Below, one piece after another: positions 57,243 to 64,000 of a DNA stretch of 64,000 nt (positions are counted from its first letter, which is position 1; each line of letters opens with the position of its first letter). The DNA is taken from NCBI GenBank assembly GCA_041178085.1, contig JBEGVZ010000119.1, forward strand, positions 1-64,000. The letters run 5' to 3'. The notes beneath the pieces are model-generated. The model searched no databases and was not told the DNA's origin. It was given only the letters and a program-made list of their open reading frames with translations. Made by a program: the position numbers and the translations under genes. The DNA comes from Pseudomonadota bacterium. GTDB lineage: Bacteria > Bdellovibrionota_B > Oligoflexia > Oligoflexales > RGVZ01.

Positions 57243-57416
57243 CCCTGATTCGCAAATCGCTATTGCGGCTATTGGGCCTATTGAAAAGAAAAAAAAATTT
57301 CCCTGTGACATCCATCACGAATTGAATTCCAAGAGATGAATTTGGTTGATCTGGCGTAGCTAATCCAATATCAATCGCGCGCTTTCTTAATTAAAAAAAC
57401 GTCATAAAAGGATCCG

Positions 57417-57938
57417 ATGATGAAAGCTTTCCTACGCATCCTCTCTTGTTTTGCTGTCTCCGTTAGCGTTCTAGCCTGCGGTGAAATCCGGCCCGTGGCG
57501 ACCTTGTCTGAAAGCAGCGCCATCGGAGCAAGTGCCGGCGAATTGGCCCAGAAATTGGAAGCTATCATGGAGGGGACCCTTTACTACAGTGAGGCCGACT
57601 ATCCATGGACGGCTTTCCATTCTAGGGTCGCTGTCTCGAAACTTTATGGCGAAAATGAGTTGCGCCTTGCTCTTCGCGTACCAGCAGGCGCACCGATTCG
57701 AGTTTACTCAGCAAACGATACTCGTGAAATCTGGCAATCCCTGCGAGAAGATAATTCCAGCGATCCGCAAGCCGCGACCCGTTATGGAAAACTGCACTCT
57801 GTAATGCATGAAAACCTGCAGGATGTCCGTTTTATAAAAATCGGAAAGGGAGACAGCGGCGCACTGGATTTTTTCGTCGTGGGACGCGACGCGCGCGGAT
57901 TCCTGATCGGGGTGAAAACCATCAAAGTTGAGACCTGA
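57417..57938 (+). CDS. Nuclease A inhibitor (NuiA)-like lipoprotein
   Basis: GTLYYSEADYPW, RY.KL...ENLQDVRFIKIG, FFVVG...G.LIGVKT..VET; VLAC lipobox. Confidence 0.85.
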   Translation: MMKAFLRILSCFAVSVSVLACGEIRPVATLSESSAIGASAGELAQKLEAIMEGTLYYSEADYPWTAFHSRVAVSKLYGENELRLALRVPAGAPIRVYSANDTREIWQSLREDNSSDPQAATRYGKLHSVMHENLQDVRFIKIGKGDSGALDFFVVGRDARGFLIGVKTIKVET

Positions 57939-57963
57939 TCCTAGTTTCCTAGAATCTTTGCCT

Positions 57964-57993
57964 AAGGCTGCCAGTTGATCCTGGCGGCCTTTT
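57964..57993 (+). terminator. Intrinsic terminator after the NuiA-like gene
   Basis: AAGGCTGCCAG-ttgatc-CTGGCGGCCTT followed by TT. Confidence 0.65.
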
Positions 57994-58259
57994 CGCTATC
58001 ATCGGACGAAATTCGATGTTGCCGCCTCACAGAGAAATGCCAACAGTCGTACCTACCTCATGGCCGAGTGGATAAAGGCCACGCACAAGAGTGAAAAAGG
58101 CACCATGACCGAATCCACTTTGGAGCGGTCGCCTTTCCGAATAAACCCATTTAGTTCGGGTTGTTAACCTCGTGCACGCCCTGTTTCTAGGCAAATCATT
58201 CTCGCCCTAATATTCGGTCAAACCATCGAAATCACAGCTAAAGGCGCCATGAAGCAGCC

Positions 58260-58275
58260 TGGTACACGAGCTGCA
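58260..58275 (+). promoter_or_regulatory. Possible sigma54 promoter
   Basis: TGGTACACGAGCTGCA (GG-N10-GC), about 50 bp upstream of ATG 58324. Confidence 0.45.
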
Positions 58276-58323
58276 TCCACAGGCCAATAGTGCGAATTGA
58301 CTTATCGAAGGAGAAACAAAGTC

Positions 58324-58770
58324 ATGAAAAAAATTGTTTTTGTTTTGGGCACATTAGCTGTGGCTGCATGCGGGACAAATCTAGATCAAAGCAATTTGGC
58401 GACCCAGCGTGACACAAAATCGCAAGCCAAGAAGGAAAAAATTGCAAAAATTCCGGGGCTTGTTGGCCAAGATCGACAAGGCCGGCTGGAATTCTACGGG
58501 ATCGATCGTAAGGAGCAAACCATCGCGATACGCGTACCGGTAGTCGACGGATTTTTCACCCAAACTGACATCAAAAAAATGATGGATTGCAGTGTTAAAA
58601 GGCAAACGCACGCCATCACAGTCGAAGTTCACAAGAGCACGCAAACTGGCGTACCCACTGGCATCCCAGGGGTGACGATCGAAACTCACATGCCGAAATA
58701 CAAAAATATTCGCTGTGAAAAAATGCCAGGTTTTCTCGCTGAATGGCGACTGGTAGTCAACGGCCGATAA
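58324..58770 (+). CDS. Hypothetical lipoprotein
   Basis: AAGGAG RBS; MKKIVFVLGTLAVAAC lipobox. Confidence 0.85.
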   Translation: MKKIVFVLGTLAVAACGTNLDQSNLATQRDTKSQAKKEKIAKIPGLVGQDRQGRLEFYGIDRKEQTIAIRVPVVDGFFTQTDIKKMMDCSVKRQTHAITVEVHKSTQTGVPTGIPGVTIETHMPKYKNIRCEKMPGFLAEWRLVVNGR

Positions 58771-58831
58771 AATTGCTCGCACGACAATTGAACTGAAACA
58801 AATAATCCAAATTTTTTTAGAGGAGAGATTT

Positions 58832-59245
58832 ATGCGTAGTTTTCTGGTAACAGCGATGATGGTTTCCGCGGGCGGATTTATAGCATGTAAAAGCGGTTCT
58901 CAAGGGGATCTTTCCTTTTCTGCCAATGCGGCAGACGCTTTGAAATGCAGAGCCCAAATTGAAACTGTACAAGACATCCACCTTGATAACCGAGGTAAAA
59001 CCCTGCAATTGGAACCGCAGGGTGGCGAACCCTTGCTGTACGCAGCGAACGACGCGGGCATTTCATATAATGCGTCGGTCGACGACGAAGCAGGCGTGAT
59101 TGATTTCCAGATTTTCGACAAGACACCCAAGACGGGATTCAAAGCTACATCCAAAGGATTCGTTCCAGACGGCAAGTACCGGCGTAACAGCAGCAAGCTG
59201 GAAGTTACAAACTCCAAGGGCCGTTTCACGATTTATTGCGAGTAG
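58832..59245 (+). CDS. Hypothetical lipoprotein
   Basis: GAGGAG RBS; FIAC lipobox; beta-rich with a Cys pair (LKC...IYCE). Confidence 0.85.
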   Translation: MRSFLVTAMMVSAGGFIACKSGSQGDLSFSANAADALKCRAQIETVQDIHLDNRGKTLQLEPQGGEPLLYAANDAGISYNASVDDEAGVIDFQIFDKTPKTGFKATSKGFVPDGKYRRNSSKLEVTNSKGRFTIYCE

Positions 59246-59408
59246 CAGTCGCTCGTCAGGGCAGGCACCAAACAGTGCCTGACCCTGGCACAGTGAAAGC
59301 CTTGACGCGCGTCGCACCAGGCCAATACCTGCGAATGATATCTTCATCTGCGGATGCCCCGAAAGAGCGCAATAAAATCGGAGCACCAGAAGCAGCGGTA
59401 ACATTGAT

Positions 59409-59662
59409 TTATTCAGGGCCTGGCGAGATCATCTGGTCCGTGCTGGCATCTACTGCAGAACCGGCATCAAACTCCATCACCACCGGCTTATAATGAGGCA
59501 GGACGCATGCCGGGGATCACTGGCAAGTCCGACGTGATGAAGGTAGCACCGCGCCTCATCCTGTTCACAGATTGCCACTACGGCGCGCAACTCTCCGCCA
59601 CAGGCGCAGCGAGTGATGTCGACATTAAAGACACGCGAGAGAAGATTCGCCCAGCTCGACCC
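59409..59662 (-). mobile_element. IS91/ISCR-like remnant 3: transposase C-terminal fragment
   Basis: SSWANLLSRVFNVDITRCACGGELRAVVAI...YLHHVGLASDP; DNA homologous to about 57007-57242. Confidence 0.78.
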
Positions 59663-59777
59663 ATTAAGATCGTCTAGACTAGATATCTTTTCAAGAAACT
59701 CCAGCGGGATGATAAGCAGGGGGGACGTCCCATCACAGGCGATTGAAGCTTGATCTGCTGCATTTTTTGGATTTTGA

Positions 59778-60124
59778 CGGACCAGTTCCAGTTCATCATC
59801 ATTACCGACAACCGCCGCACGATGGAGGTCCTTGACACCCTCTACGGCGTGCCGATGCAAGAGCCAGGCGTCTCCAGCATCGTTGGCGTGGACATGAAGA
59901 AGGACTTGCCACCCCACTTGCGCAAGGCGTTCAAGGAAGAGGGTTCCAAAGAAGCCGTCAAGCCAGCTGCTTCGGCGGCTCCGACGACGAGGATCTCTGG
60001 CGCCACGGAAGTGGACGAGGGCGAATCCAGACCAGCTTTGTCGACGGAACCTGTAGAACTTGCCCCGGACTTTGACACGGACATCCCCGTGCCGGTCGAG
60101 GCACTGCAGGGCAAACTTGAATAA
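59778..60124 (+). pseudogene. smc: Duplicated 3' fragment of smc
   Basis: DQFQFIIITDNRRTMEVLD...EALQGKLE; no 5' part; the H-loop His (THN) is changed to Asp (TDN). Confidence 0.93.
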
Positions 60125-60411
60125 AAAGAATTGCTAATCATTTCGCTCGCGCAATGATCTTTGCGTCATGGACGTAGGGAACGTTAACAGTCAGCGTCAA
60201 CATCTCCATGGAAACGTCATAGGTGTATTGATCCGGGCCAAGGACAGACTCTTTTCCGTCGGCAGCGATCAGGAGCTGGTATTCGCTGGCCACATACTTG
60301 GCAGGGACCTGATAGGAGCGAAACAGCTTCTTTGATGCAAACCCCTGCAACCACGCCAAACCCTTTGAATAGTCGGCCTCACACACTGAGGACCTGGAAT
60401 CCGCTGCGCTG
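59778..60411 (+). repeat. 634-bp direct repeat, right copy
   Basis: Matches 52350-52983. Confidence 0.95.
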
Positions 60412-61985
60412 AAAAGGATTTTAGACTCCGCTGATGGATCTACTGCGCATCCAGAGGCATTTCCTGCCCCCGTGTTGCCGATCACCGAGACTGTAAAATT
60501 TCCAGGGCCAAAAAGGTTTACGGCCCTCGTTCGCAAGAGTGCTGGTAAATCACCGGCGTTGGTCACGCCATCATAGTTTATGAATCCGCCTTTTTGCTGG
60601 CCGTACCATGTGCTGAACCATACTTCGCCACTGAAAATGTCGTCTGGATAGACCTCCTTGAAATAATCGACAACCGATGGATAGGTCTTTCCCTGGTAAA
60701 TGAACGGCGCTGGATTGATGTTATTCCATTCGACGGGCACCGACGATCCGACCTGGTGCGACCATTGAAGCACCGTGTTGCATGTGTCGTTGTCACTCAA
60801 ACGATATTTCCCGGATTGAATCTCTGCGGCGTAGGTTTGCCTGAAATACTGCAAGTAATCTGCCCTCTGTTCGGTTGTGCACGCTTCATGGGAATTCATT
60901 GGTTTCGATGGATCACAAAGTGAATTGATCTTGCACCGTTTTTGTAGCCTTTGGAGGCTAGGCTGGCGGTCGCAATAGCCGTCATTGACAGTGCTGTCGC
61001 ATTTTGCCTGATAATTCATGGTCACGACGGTTTGCAAACTCCTGGCAATGGCATTGGTGTTTTGGTAGGCAAGCACGGTTTGCTTGTTGGCGTACGGACA
61101 GGGCAGTAACCTGCTTGTCTGGTCCTCATCCGAAATGATCAGGAACGCAACGCGGTCCTTGCTGGCAAAGATTTTATTCGGACCATCGTTATCCAGCATG
61201 GCTGCCATGGCGCAAAGAGGCATCTCTTCGGGATTTCCGCGATCTCCCAGGATGATCTCTTGCTTCAGCTTCGACCGCACGGCCGCGAAATCCTGCGCCG
61301 ACATGTTGTCGGTAAATTTAAGGGTCCCGTCCTGGCTGGTGAATCCGGACTGGTTGATGACGAATTTTGTCATGGCCTCTTCCGGGACGAAATCGAGCTC
61401 GTTGGAAGTTGCCGTGATCCAGATGCCACCCTTCCTGACCGTCGGGATGAAGGCAAGGGACGGTTTCAATGTGTCAGAAAGGATCTCGGAATAGTGAAGT
61501 CCAGGCCAGGTTGCGAAGGTGTTACCCAGGGGAAGATGCTTCAGGACATAATTGTTCAGGTAATTTGTCCCAAAAAACTTGAAGGTCCGGTTGAAGATTG
61601 ATGAAGAGTAAAGATAAACGGTCACATTCTTACCGCGGACGCTTTCCATGGCTGAATCAAGGGCCTTCGCCAAGAGCTGTTGCTTCGGCACCATGGACGA
61701 AGAGTCGTCAACAATCAGGACCAGCTTCAAGGGCTCTGACGTGTCATCAAAGCGCAAGTTCAGGGCAAAATCTGGCGCCTTCGCCGGGGCAACTTGCGGA
61801 CGGTCAAGCGGGCGCCCCGTTATCGCGCTTTCGGTCTGTTGGACGATTGCATGATTGTCGGGGCCGTTTGAGTCCGTAATGCCTGAAAACTTAGCGATGC
61901 GAGAACAGGCTGTCGTCGCCAGCAGGCTGGCGATCGGAATTAAGAACTCGAATCGCATCCGGAATTTTAGGCTTCCTCTCAGCAT
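60138..61985 (-). CDS. vWA (MIDAS) domain lipoprotein with Cys-rich insert
   Basis: TTAC lipobox; LVLIVDDSSSM (DxSxS), FLIISDEDQ. Confidence 0.85.
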   Translation of the reverse strand: MLRGSLKFRMRFEFLIPIASLLATTACSRIAKFSGITDSNGPDNHAIVQQTESAITGRPLDRPQVAPAKAPDFALNLRFDDTSEPLKLVLIVDDSSSMVPKQQLLAKALDSAMESVRGKNVTVYLYSSSIFNRTFKFFGTNYLNNYVLKHLPLGNTFATWPGLHYSEILSDTLKPSLAFIPTVRKGGIWITATSNELDFVPEEAMTKFVINQSGFTSQDGTLKFTDNMSAQDFAAVRSKLKQEIILGDRGNPEEMPLCAMAAMLDNDGPNKIFASKDRVAFLIISDEDQTSRLLPCPYANKQTVLAYQNTNAIARSLQTVVTMNYQAKCDSTVNDGYCDRQPSLQRLQKRCKINSLCDPSKPMNSHEACTTEQRADYLQYFRQTYAAEIQSGKYRLSDNDTCNTVLQWSHQVGSSVPVEWNNINPAPFIYQGKTYPSVVDYFKEVYPDDIFSGEVWFSTWYGQQKGGFINYDGVTNAGDLPALLRTRAVNLFGPGNFTVSVIGNTGAGNASGCAVDPSAESKILFSAADSRSSVCEADYSKGLAWLQGFASKKLFRSYQVPAKYVASEYQLLIAADGKESVLGPDQYTYDVSMEMLTLTVNVPYVHDAKIIARAK

Positions 61986-62075
61986 GTAACGGAGTATCGG
62001 ATCCGGGGCGACCGATGCTTACGGGTAATTCGGCTTTACGATTAACCATCCATTATCATTGATGATATTAGACCA

Positions 62076-63395
62076 TCAGAGAGGCTTGTAGGGCTGAAAG
62101 AACTGGTTGAGTCCAAGGGACACACCTGATGTCCTGATTTCGTTGCTCCGACCCCAGCCATAATCGATTCGAAACACCAGCCGGTGAACCTTCGGAATGG
62201 CAATGCGTACACCAGCACCAGCCGAACGAAAGACGTCTTTTTTCGCGTCAGCAAAATCGTCACCTGCGATGCCGGCGTCCGTGAACAGGACTCCTGCCAG
62301 CTTCACAGCGCGTGAAGTAAACACTTCTGAACGCAGTTCGAGGTTGCCGTAGGCGGCAAAGGGGCCCTGACGAATACCGTCTGGAAAACCCCGCACGGAG
62401 TCAAAACCGCCTAGATGAAACACGTTGGAAATCGTCGGCGCCCCGGCAGACTGCATGTAAGCATGTGCTGCCATGTTGAACGTCTGCACCGGGCGCAGGA
62501 AGGCAAATCCCTCGACTTCCGCATAACGAGAATCACCGGGGTTTTCGACACCCGCCGAACGGGACACGCCCCACTTTAAACTTGCACGGACCCCGTCAAG
62601 CAACTGGTCCTCGACTGCCATATTGTCAAACACTGCCGACAGCAGAAGACGGTTCTCAGACGATGCGTCACCTGCCGGTAAATCGATTCCGGTCAAGGGA
62701 CTGCCTTCGATCGAGGGACGGCCGTCGCGCCTGCTCAAAAACTCAAACCCAGCCTGTAAAATCAGCGGATCCAGCGGACCGGTAATAGAATCAATCAACG
62801 AAAAAAGATGCTGGGCGCGGACAAAAGAGCTGTCAAAACCGAGTACCCCCGTTTCGTTTCCTGCTGCGTCATAAAAAGTCCGGCGGCGAAAATCCCGCCA
62901 TAGCTCAATCCCGGCAGAACTCCTGCCCTGTCCAGCGCGCGGAAGTTTTGCCCAGAGCGTGAATCCCGCCGGCGCACTGCCATATTTTTTGGTTTCCGCA
63001 CCCAGGGTGACCAGGCGGCCAAGAGCGTGGGTTTCATAAACCCCGGCGACCAGCAGGGGAGTACCGCCGCCGTAAGCGCCACGCACGACCGGGATGGTTG
63101 TCCATTTTTCTTCCACGTCGATCACGAGGCGACCGTCCGCTAGACGGACGTCCACGCGCAGGAAAACATCCGTAGTCAGGAGTTTCGTGCGGATACGCTC
63201 CAGGTCAGCGTTCGCCAAATCGGCTGGCAAGGCCAATCCAAGATAATGTTTGAGCCAATCCGGATCGGTGCGGGAGATTCCGCGAAATTCAAAATCACGG
63301 GCAACTTCCCCGTAGCAGGAACCCTGCGCAAACAAGAACAGGAAAAATGCGCAGGCATAAGGCAGCGCGCTGCGCCAGCAAGAAAGCCAGCTCAC
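62076..63395 (-). CDS. Omp85 (BamA/TamA) family outer membrane protein with a single POTRA domain
   Basis: FRGISRTD...IDVEEKWT POTRA; LGGFDSVRGF, SAGAGVR, RIDYGWG, QFF. Confidence 0.88.
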   Translation of the reverse strand: MSWLSCWRSALPYACAFFLFLFAQGSCYGEVARDFEFRGISRTDPDWLKHYLGLALPADLANADLERIRTKLLTTDVFLRVDVRLADGRLVIDVEEKWTTIPVVRGAYGGGTPLLVAGVYETHALGRLVTLGAETKKYGSAPAGFTLWAKLPRAGQGRSSAGIELWRDFRRRTFYDAAGNETGVLGFDSSFVRAQHLFSLIDSITGPLDPLILQAGFEFLSRRDGRPSIEGSPLTGIDLPAGDASSENRLLLSAVFDNMAVEDQLLDGVRASLKWGVSRSAGVENPGDSRYAEVEGFAFLRPVQTFNMAAHAYMQSAGAPTISNVFHLGGFDSVRGFPDGIRQGPFAAYGNLELRSEVFTSRAVKLAGVLFTDAGIAGDDFADAKKDVFRSAGAGVRIAIPKVHRLVFRIDYGWGRSNEIRTSGVSLGLNQFFQPYKPL

Positions 63396-64000
63396 AGAAA
63401 CGGATCCACGTGGGAAAGATAACGGCTTACGTATTCCTTCACGCCCTCTTCAAGGCGCGTAAATGGTTTCGTGTATCCACCCTCTTCACGCAGCCGGCCA
63501 AGGTTGGCTTCGGTGAAATACTGATACTGGGCTTTCAAATCCTCTGGCATCTCGATCCACTCAAACTTGGATTCGGGCTTGCCAACCGCAGCAAACACCG
63601 CACGGCCAAGATCCGCGAAGGAACGGGCCTCGCCGCTACCAACGTTATAGATACCGGATTTTGCCGCCTCATTGGGGCGCATGAAGTGACTGATGACCTG
63701 AACCACGTCCTTGACCCAGACAAAATCGCGGCGCTGTTCGCCGTGGCCAATCCCGTCTTTATAGGACTTGAAAAGCTTTAGGATGCCCCGGTCCCTGACC
63801 TGGGGAAAGGCATGAAAGACAACGCTGGCCTGCCCCCCCTTGTGGTACTCCTGTGGGCCATAGACGTTGAAAAACTTAAGTCCCGCCCAAAACGGGGGAC
63901 GCTCGCGCTGTTTCAAGACCCACTGGTCGAAGAGATGCTTGCTGTAACCGTACGGGTTGATCGGCCGGAGGCGGCTGAGAAGCTGGGGATCGTCCGAGTA
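63392..64000 (-). CDS. hldD: ADP-L-glycero-D-manno-heptose 6-epimerase; 5' end lies beyond the window
   Basis: Frame open from 64000: PINPYGYSK, GLKFFNVYGPQEYHKG..ASV, QRRDFVWV, YQYFTEA. Confidence 0.93.
   Translation of the reverse strand, partial: YSDDPQLLSRLRPINPYGYSKHLFDQWVLKQRERPPFWAGLKFFNVYGPQEYHKGGQASVVFHAFPQVRDRGILKLFKSYKDGIGHGEQRRDFVWVKDVVQVISHFMRPNEAAKSGIYNVGSGEARSFADLGRAVFAAVGKPESKFEWIEMPEDLKAQYQYFTEANLGRLREEGGYTKPFTRLEEGVKEYVSRYLSHVDPFL

Larger units (their letters stand above)
52984..59777. mobile_element. Genomic islet between long direct repeats; no integrase; IS91-like remnants; secreted cargo
   Basis: Flanked by 634-bp direct repeats, visibly more AT-rich and less gene-dense than its surroundings, with internal repeats and transposase fragments. 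Confidence 0.8.

Noticed and set aside
52984..59777. Integron cassette array or prophage
   Set aside because: No attC-like RYYYAAC...GTTRRRY hairpins recognised after the genes, mixed gene orientation, and no integrase or phage genes.
59477..59917. 146-aa ORF as a real gene
   Set aside because: A chance chimera of antisense smc-duplicate sequence, spacer DNA and the IS91 fragment.
52710..60411. Duplicated C-terminus of the vWA gene as a DGR template/variable repeat pair
   Set aside because: Only about half of the mismatches are at adenines, the repeat extends into smc, and no reverse transcriptase is in the window.

Overview
Bacterial chromosomal window, fairly GC-rich. Gene content (many Cys-paired lipoproteins, a myxobacteria/Bdellovibrio-type OM beta-barrel, a vWA lipoprotein, a sigma54 promoter) suggests a Bdellovibrionota/Oligoflexia-like organism; this is inference only. 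Most of the window is core genes: M1 aminopeptidase (partial), rplU-rpmA-obgE-nadD-rsfS-[S8 protease]-rlmH, mutS, dksA, ftsB-like, pcrA/uvrD, glmS, a truncated glmU, alr, rpmH-rnpA-yidD-yidC-jag-mnmE, a phosphohexomutase, ssb, smc, an Omp85-family gene and hldD (partial). The most unusual structure is a ~6.8 kb AT-richer island (52984-59777) with no integrase. It is bracketed by a 634-bp imperfect direct repeat (52350-52983 / 59778-60411) that duplicates the convergent 3' ends of smc and a vWA lipoprotein gene. The island holds only secreted or lipoprotein cargo (two Cys-rich proteins, a trypsin-like protease, an orphan lipoprotein NuiA nuclease inhibitor, two unknown lipoproteins), interleaved with three same-orientation IS91/ISCR-like 3'-end remnants. 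This resembles ISCR-style rolling-circle capture rescued by homologous recombination. Other points of interest: a split RND/MFP/TolC locus with two paralogous beta-module proteins and an OM barrel, a GlmU lacking its acetyltransferase active site, an ALDH lacking its general-base Glu, a zinc-less DksA with a histone-like N-terminus, and a Jag with an RGG-rich insert and a degenerate KH loop. No rRNA, tRNA or CRISPR array was recognised.
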